Shown: positions 52,840-62,329, counted from the first letter of the stretch. The stretch is 64,000 bases of DNA from Candidatus Uhrbacteria bacterium (GCA_963822405.1 CAWGHH010000001.1:87296-151295); one strand, 5' to 3'. A program made the numbers and translations. The notes: a model not told the origin generated them from the letters alone.

Positions 52840-53179
52840 GGTGTACTTCAGTGAATCGGCTATTTCATCCATTAAGGGCTTCATCCGTGCGTACGAGGAG
52901 GCCTTTTTTGAATTGTATCGAGATGGCGGTTTGGCGGATGAGCGGTTGATTGTCGAAAACTACCGATTGTCTGCAAAACAGATAAGCACCCAGATATTTA
53001 TTGAGATCGAAATGCATCTGGGTAGTAAAAAGGTATTTGGGCGAAAAGAGCATACGCAGTGGCAGGAACTTACGTTTTACGTCGGGAGTCGCTTGATAAC
53101 TGTGTATTACACTGACAACGAAGATAATTCGAGACTAGTCGAGGTTATCGGCATTGAGAGAAAACCGATTATATTTTAG
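52832..53179 (+). CDS. hypothetical protein, possible RelE/ParE-fold toxin
   Basis: RVYFSESAISSI N-terminus and RLITVYY..RLVEVIGI C-terminus resemble RelE/ParE topology. Confidence 0.5.
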   Translation: MPRVYFSESAISSIKGFIRAYEEAFFELYRDGGLADERLIVENYRLSAKQISTQIFIEIEMHLGSKKVFGRKEHTQWQELTFYVGSRLITVYYTDNEDNSRLVEVIGIERKPIIF

Positions 53180-53193
53180 CGACCGTTGGTATT

Positions 53194-53265
53194 AGGACAC
53201 GGTGATTTTTCAAACAAAGAACCCGATTCGTAAGAGTCGGTTTTTGATATACTGCGTTTACTATG
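53194..53265 (+). repeat. 5S 3' end/terminator/promoter/ATG unit, copy 2
   Basis: AGGACAC..GATTTTTCAAACAAAGAACCCGATTCG.AAGAGTCGGTTTTT..TATACTGCGT..ACTATG. Confidence 0.85.
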
Positions 53266-54648
53266 GAACACGGAAAATCTTTGGGGGATGTATTGAGGCC
53301 TGAATGGGTTCGAAATCGTAAAGAGTCGACCGCAGAAGAGCATCCATCGAACGACAGAAAGGAACAGGAAATCAGTAGAGAAGTGGGGGAAAGGTATGTC
53401 CTCATCGTTGATGAAGTTGTTCCGGGCTCGGCGATGGAGCTAGCCGGAGTACAGGCGGGTGATCAAATTTTCGCGATAGGTGAGAAGGCTATTAGAAATA
53501 AGTTTCTTGCCTCGTCTGTTCAGGAGTGGGCGGGGGAACCAAAAGTCTTTAATATTTTTAGGGACGAAGAGTACGTTGATGTCACAGTTCAGCCTGTCTG
53601 GAATGCACAAACAAATCTATGGTCGCTTGGTGCACGTTTCACCGCTGCAATTGTCACAGTGGAGTCAGAGAAAGAAATTGAACAGACGGAAGTTCAGCGT
53701 GTAGCAATTGAAGCATACGGTGCCCGCGGGTATGCGGATCTTGGTCCAAGTGAAGAGGTACAAGGTGAGTCCGGAAAATATAGAAAAGAGATACGCGCTT
53801 TTGTACTTTTTGGACTAGATAAGGAAGGAAACCCTACCGAACTCGATCTTCTCAAACGTTTTAACCCTACGAATGTTAAGGTGTATGAGCAGAAAAGCAT
53901 TGAAAGCGCGGGTTTATGTACGAGAACGGACATCCAGGTCAAGAGCGTTACATCGAAGAATGCTCCTCACATCATCTTGCATGAATTACGCCATGCGAAT
54001 CAATACGAAACGGGAATGTTTGGAGACATTGAAAGTCGCTATCGGAGTACGTCTGACGAGAGCTATCAACAAAACGACACCTGGAAGCTTACTAACGGAA
54101 ATTTCCTTACGTTTTTAAAAATTCTCGAGCACTTTTTCTCCGATGAACAGATAGATGACATTTTGAAGAATTATCAAAAAAAGAGCCGGCGGGTTATGAA
54201 GATTAGTAACATGTTGAGTGATCCGAACCATCGGGGATCTTCAGATGATAAGGTATTAGAAGAAGAACTTGTGAAGGCCAAGGCGGAGTTTGATCGTGTC
54301 TCCGCTCCTGACGCAGAAATGATACCCGGTGTGACGATACGGGACGTTTTCCGGCTTCCTACGCTCCTCATGGAACGAGACGCGGAATACGGAGCGCTTG
54401 TGGCTATACGAGCGATCAAACGAGAAATCGGCACTGATCTTTTTGAGGACGATGCAACAAAGAAAATGCTAAAATTCTTTGATAAAGAGGGGAAGTCGGG
54501 CTCCAAAGAAGGAGTTATAACCATGCAAAAATTACGAGGCAAAATTCAAACACTCGCGAACATCGAGCATTACATGCAAATGATAGGCGTCCCGGAAAAT
54601 TGTTTGAGGGACATTCGTTCCGCGGCAAAACAAACGATCAAGGCGTAG
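53263..54648 (+). CDS. PDZ domain protein with HExxH motif (putative metallopeptidase)
   Basis: VVPGSAMELAGVQAGDQIFAI PDZ motif; ILHELRH. Confidence 0.7.
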   Translation: MEHGKSLGDVLRPEWVRNRKESTAEEHPSNDRKEQEISREVGERYVLIVDEVVPGSAMELAGVQAGDQIFAIGEKAIRNKFLASSVQEWAGEPKVFNIFRDEEYVDVTVQPVWNAQTNLWSLGARFTAAIVTVESEKEIEQTEVQRVAIEAYGARGYADLGPSEEVQGESGKYRKEIRAFVLFGLDKEGNPTELDLLKRFNPTNVKVYEQKSIESAGLCTRTDIQVKSVTSKNAPHIILHELRHANQYETGMFGDIESRYRSTSDESYQQNDTWKLTNGNFLTFLKILEHFFSDEQIDDILKNYQKKSRRVMKISNMLSDPNHRGSSDDKVLEEELVKAKAEFDRVSAPDAEMIPGVTIRDVFRLPTLLMERDAEYGALVAIRAIKREIGTDLFEDDATKKMLKFFDKEGKSGSKEGVITMQKLRGKIQTLANIEHYMQMIGVPENCLRDIRSAAKQTIKA

Positions 54649-54736
54649 CTCGGTGTTTTGTTTTGCACAAGCATTCCTCGACTCGAAGAGTCGGGGGGGG
54701 GGGTAATATAGGAGAAAAGTTACTAACATATTTAAT

Positions 54737-55375
54737 ATGGGCGTTGAGAAAGAAGATAAAGATCCCAATGCTAGGCATTGGATAGCATCGAGAAAGCCTG
54801 AGCCGACAATTGAAAGTACGCAAGAATATGCTAAAGAGAAACCTGTAATTGAAAGCAGGCTGGGTAGTCTCTATAAACCAACAGCTGCTGAGGAAACTGA
54901 GCGTAAATTACATCCTGAATTACATGAGGAGGGTGGTTTAGACGCAGTTAAAAAGAGGATCGCGAATTTGAAGAAAGGTCACGGTAAATTGATAATTCCT
55001 CCCGGGTACATTACTGACAGAGAGATGGAATCAAATAGAGTTTTAGGCGAGCGTTATCAAGAATCATCAAATGAAATTAAAAGATTAGAAGGAATAATAC
55101 GGGATTCCGAATTGAACGATGAGAATGAAGCAAATAGTTTGCGTGTGGCTGAAGTAGAGAGAATCAAGGAGTCCGCGGATCTTTCAGCAAGAAATAAAAG
55201 GGATAGCGCAATGTTAGACGAACGAAAACAAAAAGCTGAGAAAGAGCATTGGGCCGAATATCAAAGACGACTTTACGAGGCGCAGATAAAACTTCAAACG
55301 GCGTGGTTTTGGCAACGCGCTGGTCTTCAGAAGACAATTGATTTCTATGAGGCAGAATTTAAGAACAGGAAATAA
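54737..55375 (+). CDS. hypothetical coiled-coil protein, paralog A
   Basis: Shares M.VEKE..DP.A..W, GGL.A, RLEGII and AWFWQR with 55493..56218. Confidence 0.75.
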   Translation: MGVEKEDKDPNARHWIASRKPEPTIESTQEYAKEKPVIESRLGSLYKPTAAEETERKLHPELHEEGGLDAVKKRIANLKKGHGKLIIPPGYITDREMESNRVLGERYQESSNEIKRLEGIIRDSELNDENEANSLRVAEVERIKESADLSARNKRDSAMLDERKQKAEKEHWAEYQRRLYEAQIKLQTAWFWQRAGLQKTIDFYEAEFKNRK

Positions 55376-55492
55376 TCTTTACATTTTGATTAAGAAGTAG
55401 TCAAAAAATGATTGTATTGATTTTTTAAGCAAAGCCCGATTCGAAAGAGTCGGGGGGGGTAAAATTAGAACAAAGTCACGAACATAATTAAT

Positions 55493-56218
55493 ATGGCCGT
55501 TGAGAAAGAAGGAGGAGACCCGAAGGCTAAAGATTGGAAGGCGCCGGAAAAAGCGCCGAAAAAATACGATGAGATTAAACGCATTGAAGACTCTATAGCG
55601 TCCATGAGGAAGGGTTACGGCGGTAAGAAGGAAGACGATCCAAAAATATCTGAATTTGAAAAGATGCTCGTTAGGGCAAAAGAAAGAAAGGCGCAAGATG
55701 ATGCTTGGCTTGAGCAGTCCCCCGAACTTCGGGCTGTGGGTGGTTTAAAAGCAGCTAACGAAAAACTTACGAAGTTAAGGGAAGAGATGAATAAAATGTC
55801 AAAAATACTTAGTATATCTCCTCATCCTGATTTTATTGAAGCGGGCGTGTACGAGCGTAGTGATGGTCAGAAAAGAGCATCGGAACGATACGATATAATG
55901 AATACTGAAGTACGAAGGTTGGAAGGGATAATTAAGGGTCAAGAATCGTATACGTTTGATGAAGAGAAAAAGAAGAAAACGTTAGAGGTGCAACAGGAGG
56001 AAGATAGAGGGCGTGAACTTAAAAAGGAATGGAAGGAGCTGCAAAAAAGAAGGGATGATGCTAAGGATAAACTTGATCAGGCTTGGTTTTGGCAACGCCG
56101 CGCAATACAAGAAGAGATCGAGTCTATAGATACAGAATTAGAAAATTTGAGAAAACGAATAGAGAAGGAGGATAAAATAAGGAAAGAAAGAGTAGACAAA
56201 GCAATTTACGGTAAGTAG
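55493..56218 (+). CDS. hypothetical coiled-coil protein, paralog B
   Basis: Tandem paralog with a duplicated upstream region. Confidence 0.75.
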   Translation: MAVEKEGGDPKAKDWKAPEKAPKKYDEIKRIEDSIASMRKGYGGKKEDDPKISEFEKMLVRAKERKAQDDAWLEQSPELRAVGGLKAANEKLTKLREEMNKMSKILSISPHPDFIEAGVYERSDGQKRASERYDIMNTEVRRLEGIIKGQESYTFDEEKKKKTLEVQQEEDRGRELKKEWKELQKRRDDAKDKLDQAWFWQRRAIQEEIESIDTELENLRKRIEKEDKIRKERVDKAIYGK

Positions 56219-56396
56219 TTCTAAATAATCCAACAATTACCCGGCCCCATAAAGGTTGGGTATTTGTTATACTCGACGAAACATAAATTCTATGGACAAT
56301 TTGCCAGGTGAAGGTCGGGGTTTTTGTTTTCGAGCAAAATAAGTCCCCCGCACCAAGATGGTCGGGGGATTTGGCGTGCGGCGAGGTGGACGCGAG

Positions 56397-56874
56397 TCAT
56401 GAGGGGCTGTACGTGAGGAAGGCGCGGACCAGGGAATCAATCCAGACGAGAGCGCGTTTGTTGTCTGGAGAGTTGAGATTGGGACGGTAGTGAATGTCAT
56501 TTTTGTCCCAGCCTTGAAGCTTCGAGAGAGCGCTGACGATGCGGACTTCGGTGTCATTTTCCGCGTCATCCCTGAGGAGCCTGTCTGTACCAGTGAGCAA
56601 TGCCATCGAGGTTGAGTTCGTAGCAGATATTGAAGAGGCGATCCGTGTTGCTATCTTCGTTCCGGGAGAGGCAGACCTCTATCTCTGGAAGGCCTGTCGA
56701 TGTATCAACGCTATCCCCCCATGAGAGACGCAGGTTATTCTGGCTCGTACTCCAGATCATTCCGCCAGCGCGGGATTCACAGAGGATTATTTTTCCGATA
56801 CAGGCTTTGTCGATTGGAATCTTGACTAGGTTTCTTATCCTTCGAACGTGCGTTACGACTTCCAGCTTATTCAT
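56397..56874 (-). CDS. hypothetical protein, frameshift near 56570; paralog of 56978..57436
   Basis: GGAGG SD; C-terminus ALVWIDSLVRAFLTYSP matches AFEWIDAMLRSFLNYEP. Confidence 0.6.
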
Positions 56875-56977
56875 TGGAATATCCTCCCGGCTCAATTTAC
56901 CCTAAATAAACAAAGAGCGCATCCGGAAGGCATGGCCAGCCGGATGGCTGTGGCTCTTTGCCCCGCGGATGCGCGAG

Positions 56978-57436
56978 TTAGGCGGTGACTGGCTCGTAGT
57001 TCAGGAACGAGCGCAGCATGGCGTCAATCCATTCGAACGCCTGGGCGTCGGAAGTTGCGATGGTCGGGCCGGGTTCCCAGGCTTTCAGCTCGGGGAGACG
57101 CGCGAGAAGATCCTTCAGATCTTCATCTTGTTCGTTCTCCGGTTCGGGCCCTTGTTGCGACCAGACCATGCCATGCGACCCGTCTTCGGAGTAGCTGACG
57201 GTCACGATCCAGAATTGCTGATTCCATTCGGCGACTTCGATCATCAGCGCCTGGATGGAATCTTTCTCTGCCGAGAGAAACCAACGAATGCACAGGCCGT
57301 TCTTGGAGATCTCCCAACCCTTGCCGTGCCCGTCTTCGAACGGGGTAATCAACGGCACCTTCTTTCCCGCGTTAATTACGCGGTCTCGCAGTTGATCAGT
57401 CACGTCCAGAATCTGTTCGTTAAACGGTTGAACCAT
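56978..57436 (-). CDS. hypothetical protein (GC-rich orphan)
   Basis: GGAGGG SD before the ATG at 57436. Confidence 0.65.
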   Translation of the reverse strand: MVQPFNEQILDVTDQLRDRVINAGKKVPLITPFEDGHGKGWEISKNGLCIRWFLSAEKDSIQALMIEVAEWNQQFWIVTVSYSEDGSHGMVWSQQGPEPENEQDEDLKDLLARLPELKAWEPGPTIATSDAQAFEWIDAMLRSFLNYEPVTA

Positions 57437-57596
57437 GTTTGTTACCCTCCCAAGCATGCCGGAACCCCCGGCGGATTGCTGTCTTTCGACCAAAGATATT
57501 GCCATAAATGAGTAGGAAAGTCCAGTTTGGGCTGTTATGGACTTTAAAACTTTACGTCTTTACAACTTTATAACTTCCCCTCATACTGTCACCAAT

Positions 57597-58373
57597 ATGA
57601 ATGACACCAAAGTGGTGATTCTGGCGGCGGGGAAGGGAAAGCGCATGGGCGCTAATGTTCCGAAACCCCTTGTGAAGATAGCGGGAAAGGCCATGATTTC
57701 GCATTTACTGGAAAGGGTGCGGGCGTCTGGGCTCGACCAAAAGCCAGTTGTCATAGTTTCTGTTGACGGAAAAGCTGATTTTGAAGCCGAACTTGGCGAT
57801 TCTGTAGATTTTGCGGTACAAGTTGAACAAAATGGGACGGGCGATGCTTTGCGGTATGCCGAGGAAGCTTGCAAGGGCGCATCGAGAATCATTGTTCTAT
57901 ACGGCGATCATCCATTTATTAGTGCGGACGTTTTGAAGCAACTCGCCGATCTATCTTCGAAGAATCATGGAGATATCGCTATGTTGACGGCGACCGTGCC
58001 AAACTTTGAAGGAGATTTTGGGATGTTTGTGAAGTGGGGGAAAATCATTCGTGAAAATTCGGCGAAGGGGCATGGCGGCGCCATGCCCGTACAAGCGTTG
58101 CGCGAGGTTAAGGATTGCTCGCCGGAAGAGCTGGCGATCACAGAAGTAAATCCAGGGATTTATGCTTTTCCGGTTCCTTGGGTATTCGACAGATTGAAAG
58201 ATGTGAAGAACGAGAATGCCAGCGGTGAATATTATTTGACGGACTTGATTGGGCTTGCTATGCAAGAAGGAAGAAAGATTGTGACTGCGTCAGTAGATCC
58301 TTTGCAGGTTGTTGGGATCAATACGCCTGATGAGCTCATCAAAGCTGAAGAGCTGTTAACTAAATATATATGA
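57597..58373 (+). CDS. sugar-phosphate nucleotidyltransferase (GlmU N-terminal domain only)
   Basis: VILAAGKGKRM..PKPL, Q.EQNGTGDA, LYGD, EVNPGIY, EYYLTD, GINT; no hexapeptide acetyltransferase domain. Confidence 0.85.
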   Translation: MNDTKVVILAAGKGKRMGANVPKPLVKIAGKAMISHLLERVRASGLDQKPVVIVSVDGKADFEAELGDSVDFAVQVEQNGTGDALRYAEEACKGASRIIVLYGDHPFISADVLKQLADLSSKNHGDIAMLTATVPNFEGDFGMFVKWGKIIRENSAKGHGGAMPVQALREVKDCSPEELAITEVNPGIYAFPVPWVFDRLKDVKNENASGEYYLTDLIGLAMQEGRKIVTASVDPLQVVGINTPDELIKAEELLTKYI

Positions 58374-59125
58374 GCACCATAAGACCCGCGGAGGACGTGC
58401 TTGAGAAGCTCGGGCTATCGCCCAAAGAAACGCGCGTGTACATCACCCTTTTGAAGGAGGGGCCGTCCAGCGTTCGCCAAATGGCAGCGGCTACGGGCAT
58501 CAATCGGGGGACGGTTTATGATTCGCTCAAGAACCTGCAAGTCATGGGACTTGCTCGTTTTTATAATAAGGAGACAAAACAGTATTTTGTAGCTGCACCG
58601 CCGGTGAAACTTGAGGAACTCGCCCAAGAGAAGATGGATGATTTGAAGCGCGCAAACGAGAAATTGTCGCACGTAATTGCCGAGCTCGACAGCGTATATG
58701 ACGGGGGAGGAACGGATCCGGTTGCGCGGATGTACGAGGGTCCAGAAGGAATTAAAGTGATTTTGCAGGATGTTTTGGCGAGTATGGAGGCAGCCAAGGA
58801 GAAAGAATATTACGTGTATTCGTCGAGTGCCGTGCGCGAGGCTGGTTTGTACTCGGCATTTTCCACATACACCGCAGAACGACTCGACGCGCGGATTCGG
58901 GTGAAGAACATTTCGCTTGGCAAGGGCGGATCTACGGCTGGACTAGACGAACGTAAATGGATTCCCGCTACGGAAGGCTCGCCAACATATATTTTGATTT
59001 ACGCCGGAAAAGTGGCGAACATTTTCTTAGACAAAAAGGGCGAGCTGGTTGGTTTGATCATTGAAAATAAGGGCATTTATCAAACTCAGAAGATTTTGTT
59101 CGCGTCACTTTGGGAGAGGTTGTAG
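58370..59125 (+). CDS. TrmB family transcriptional regulator
   Basis: LGLSPKETRVYITLL..GINRGTVYDSL, YEGPEGIK. Confidence 0.85.
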   Translation: MSTIRPAEDVLEKLGLSPKETRVYITLLKEGPSSVRQMAAATGINRGTVYDSLKNLQVMGLARFYNKETKQYFVAAPPVKLEELAQEKMDDLKRANEKLSHVIAELDSVYDGGGTDPVARMYEGPEGIKVILQDVLASMEAAKEKEYYVYSSSAVREAGLYSAFSTYTAERLDARIRVKNISLGKGGSTAGLDERKWIPATEGSPTYILIYAGKVANIFLDKKGELVGLIIENKGIYQTQKILFASLWERL

Positions 59126-59136
59126 AATGGGCGAGT

Positions 59137-59781
59137 ATGATCGACGTTGCCACGGTGCAATCATTTTTCATTGATAGCCTTAAATCAGCGCGTGAAGACG
59201 TTGAATTATTTGCGTTAGATTTCTTCAAACTAGTTAGGGCTTTGGGGGTGTGGGCGGTGCCGTTCGTATTGTCGATTATTGCTATCGCTGCGCTTCCTGC
59301 GGTGTTTGCGACGCACATTGGCAAGCTGACCGATGCAATTATCGGTGCTCGAGGTGTGGGAACAATGACGATCGATGTGACGCGCGCGATTCGAATTCTT
59401 ACTGGTGCAACGATCGTTGGTTTTCTTGCTGAAATGTTTTTGAGCAGGTTTGAAGGGAAGGCGGGGGTCATGGCGAGTACGGCGTACGGCCTTGGTGTTC
59501 TCGTTGTTCTGGCGATAATGCTCGGGAATCTAGGGTGGTACGGTGTCGCCCTTTGGCCGATTGTTTTGCTTGTCACTCGAACTATTTTGAAGAAAATTCC
59601 GTATCTGCAGTTTGTTTTCGTGATTCCTGTTGTTCTGTTATTTTTGTCATGTGCGACGAATGTGATTCAGTACGCGACGATCCGTGCGATCACTGTCGGT
59701 GCGGCTATGTCGACGGTAGCGGCGGCGGGGATGTATGCGGTGGTGGTGGCGGTGGTGATGTTGAAACGTGATTCAGCCTGA
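59137..59781 (+). CDS. hypothetical membrane protein
   Basis: Multiple TM segments. Confidence 0.7.
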   Translation: MIDVATVQSFFIDSLKSAREDVELFALDFFKLVRALGVWAVPFVLSIIAIAALPAVFATHIGKLTDAIIGARGVGTMTIDVTRAIRILTGATIVGFLAEMFLSRFEGKAGVMASTAYGLGVLVVLAIMLGNLGWYGVALWPIVLLVTRTILKKIPYLQFVFVIPVVLLFLSCATNVIQYATIRAITVGAAMSTVAAAGMYAVVVAVVMLKRDSA

Positions 59782-59811
59782 ACCACCGAGGCCCTTCGGG
59801 GCAGACCAACC

Positions 59812-59846
59812 ACCTCCCCCTACCCCCTCCTTAGAAAGGAGGGGAG
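59812..59846. repeat. palindromic repeat, family B (intergenic, inverted orientation)
   Basis: Reverse complement is nearly identical to 40373..40409. Confidence 0.8.
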
Positions 59847-59874
59847 GCGAACCATCCTGACCATTAAATACCGT

Positions 59875-60282
59875 ATGCCCAACCATCTCATCGCCGACAT
59901 CCCCGTGAAGGCTCTCATTCGTAAAGACGATAAAATTTTGTTGATCCAGCAGGCGGATGGCAAGGAAGACTGGTGCTTACCGGGTGGTCGTCTGAATAAT
60001 GGTGAACAGCCGAGAGAAGGTTTGCGTCGCGAGATATTGGAAGAAATCGGCGCCGAGATTGAGATCGGTAGGCTCGTCGACTGTACAGTTTTCACGAGTA
60101 AATCCGGCATGAACCATTTTGTGGTAGTTTTCGAGGCGACTCTCGTCGGTAATAGCCAACCAAAGCCGGACGGTGTAGAAATCAAAGATGTTAAATGGGT
60201 TACGCTCGAGGAGGCGTTGAAGATGGAGTTGAGAAGTGAATATCGGGTAATTCTCGAAGGACTCGCCGCCAGGATCAAATAA
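59875..60282 (+). CDS. Nudix hydrolase (MutT-like)
   Basis: WCLPGGRLNNGEQPREGLRREILEEIG. Confidence 0.9.
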   Translation: MPNHLIADIPVKALIRKDDKILLIQQADGKEDWCLPGGRLNNGEQPREGLRREILEEIGAEIEIGRLVDCTVFTSKSGMNHFVVVFEATLVGNSQPKPDGVEIKDVKWVTLEEALKMELRSEYRVILEGLAARIK

Positions 60283-60322
60283 CACCACCTCTAGGCCCCT
60301 CCTAACGTCGGGGACCAATGCT

Positions 60323-61564
60323 ATGAAAATAATCGCCGATCTACATGTTCACTCCCGTTTTTCGCGTGCATGTTCGCAGGATTTAACACTCGAAAATAAC
60401 GCGTTGTGGTGCGAGAAGAAGGGGGTGAATGTTTTGGGGACGGGGGATTTTACGCATCCACTTTGGTTCAAAGAAATAGAAGAGAAACTCGTCGAAGCCG
60501 AGTCAGGACTCTACAAGTTGAAGAGTGGAGAGTTTTCGAAAATGCGGTTCATGATGACGACCGAAGTCTCGCAGATCTATAAGAGGGGAGGAAAAGTACG
60601 ACGCGTGCACAATTTAATTTTTGCACCAAACATTGAGTGCGTGAAAAAAATAAATGCGTGGCTCGACGAACATAAATTTAATCGGCGGAATGATGGTCGG
60701 CCAATTTTAGGAATTGATTCGGAAGATTTATATCGCGAACTAAAAAACCTCGACGATAAAATTATTCTTGTACCGGCGCACGCGTGGACACCGTGGTATT
60801 CGGTATTTGGTTCGAAGAGCGGGTTTGATTCGCTCGAAGAATGTTTTGGTGAGATGACGAAAGAAATTTTTGCGATCGAGACGGGATTGTCGAGCGACCC
60901 CGCGATGAATCGAACACTTAGTGTACTCGACGACATTTCTTTGATCTCAAACTCTGATGCGCACTCGCCTAAAAACTTTGGAAGAGAAGCGAATGTCTTT
61001 GAAATTGATGAAAAGAAATTATCTTACGATGAAATTATTCGCACGATTCGTGAGCGAGATATTGCACACTTTTTGTATACGATCGAGTTTTATCCGGGGG
61101 AGGGAAAGTACTATGCGGATGGGCATGCACCCTGTGGGCTGACCTTTGAGACTAAGGAGACTTTGAGACTGGGAGGGAGATGCCCGAAATGCGGAGGACC
61201 AATAACGGTGGGGGTTTTGTCGAGAGTTGAGGAGTTGGGGGATCGCCCCACTTTCGACCCCCTCTATCCCCCTAGAAGGGGGAAGGAGCAATCCATTCCA
61301 TTCAAATCCATTGTGCCACTGCCGGAAATACTTGCGCAGTGTTTGGGGGTGTCGAGTGTGTCGTCGAAGAAGGTGATGACGTTGTACGAGGAGATGATAA
61401 AAACATTAGGCAGCGAGTTTAATATTTTATTAGAAGTTTCTGTTTTAGAAATTCGTTCGCAGTTTGGTAACACTGTCGCTGAAGCGATTGCACGAGTGCG
61501 CGCGGGAAAAGTTTCCGTTACTCCTGGTTATGACGGAATATTTGGTGTAGTAAAAATATTTTAA
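60323..61564 (+). CDS. endonuclease Q family protein (PHP domain plus Zn ribbon)
   Basis: ADLHVHSRFSRA, GTGDFTHP, PAHAWTPW, ETGLSSDP, SNSDAHS, GREAN, CPKCG, PGYDG. Confidence 0.88.
   Translation: MKIIADLHVHSRFSRACSQDLTLENNALWCEKKGVNVLGTGDFTHPLWFKEIEEKLVEAESGLYKLKSGEFSKMRFMMTTEVSQIYKRGGKVRRVHNLIFAPNIECVKKINAWLDEHKFNRRNDGRPILGIDSEDLYRELKNLDDKIILVPAHAWTPWYSVFGSKSGFDSLEECFGEMTKEIFAIETGLSSDPAMNRTLSVLDDISLISNSDAHSPKNFGREANVFEIDEKKLSYDEIIRTIRERDIAHFLYTIEFYPGEGKYYADGHAPCGLTFETKETLRLGGRCPKCGGPITVGVLSRVEELGDRPTFDPLYPPRRGKEQSIPFKSIVPLPEILAQCLGVSSVSSKKVMTLYEEMIKTLGSEFNILLEVSVLEIRSQFGNTVAEAIARVRAGKVSVTPGYDGIFGVVKIF
61254..61285. repeat. palindromic repeat, family B (in frame inside EndoQ)
   Basis: Reverse complement CTTCCCCCTTCTAGGGGGATAGAGGGGGTCGA matches the 41795/44437 copies. 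Confidence 0.75.
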
Positions 61565-61731
61565 TTTTTAAACTTTTTTCCCGGCAAAGCCGGGCTCGGC
61601 TACGCCGGAAACTTTTTTACAGCTAAAGTTGTGCACAGCTTGTGTGAATAAAAATGGATGTGTGTTGAAAACTCGATATACTAGTAGCAAGTCAAGCATT
61701 ACTTGACCCGAAGATTTTTAACTCTACGTAT

Positions 61732-61839
61732 ATGGCAGTCGCAAAAAAGGCGAAGAAGCCAGCTAAGAAGGTAGCAGCAAAGCGCAAGCCAGCCGCACGC
61801 AAGCCAGCTAAGAAGGCAGCAGCTAAGAAGCGCCGCTAG
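61732..61839 (+). CDS. 35-aa Lys/Ala-rich histone H1-like microprotein
   Basis: MAVAKKAKKPAKKVAAKRKPAARKPAKKAAAKKRR; upstream TATACT at 61677, downstream terminator; absent from the ORF track. Confidence 0.75.
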   Translation: MAVAKKAKKPAKKVAAKRKPAARKPAKKAAAKKRR

Positions 61840-61881
61840 TTTCTCAGACGAGCATGTCCTTGGAGGAGATGCTGGTCAAAC

Positions 61882-61908
61882 AAAAAATTCCCGTGAGGGA
61901 ATTTTTTT
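61882..61908. terminator. bidirectional terminator
   Basis: AAAAAATTCCC-GTGA-GGGAATTTTTT. Confidence 0.85.
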
Positions 61909-61911
61909 ATT

Positions 61912-62023
61912 GTCCTCATCTGATCACTCAAGGGAGAGAGTCCTTAAGTGATCGGATGAGGGGACGACGGCTGTGCAAGCGCATCGTCCACGAGTCACTT
62001 TGCTGTTCTGGCACAGAAAGTGA
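61912..62023. repeat. structured cassette-boundary repeat, copy 1 (modules B-A-D)
   Basis: 46 bp identical to 62379..62424; 43 bp identical to 63940..63982. Confidence 0.9.
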
Positions 62024-62036
62024 GAAATATGCCGGA

Positions 62037-62329
62037 TCAGTGGCGCTTGATCCAGCCACCGTTATTCGTGCGGTGTCCCTCTGCGTGGATCTTTTTGATT
62101 TCATCCCACAAAGTGGCGCGAGCCGTCTTGGGCGTCATGTCAGCCGGAGCGGCCAGCAGGACGAAGTCGTAGACGGCCTTCCTGTGACAATCGCCACAGT
62201 AGCCGTCATCCCAGCAACAGCACGGGCCTCGCCCGTGGTCCAGGCTCCGGGACTCGGCCCGGCCAGGGTGAAGCCCCGGGCGAGCAACTGCTCGCGAACA
62301 AGGTTCGAGCGCGTTTTGATGATGGGCAT
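62037..62329 (-). CDS. hypothetical Cys-rich protein, probable frameshift
   Basis: ATG follows the GGAGGG SD of module C; N-terminus MPIIKTRS and C-terminus CCCWDDGYCGDCH.. lie in different frames. Confidence 0.5.
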
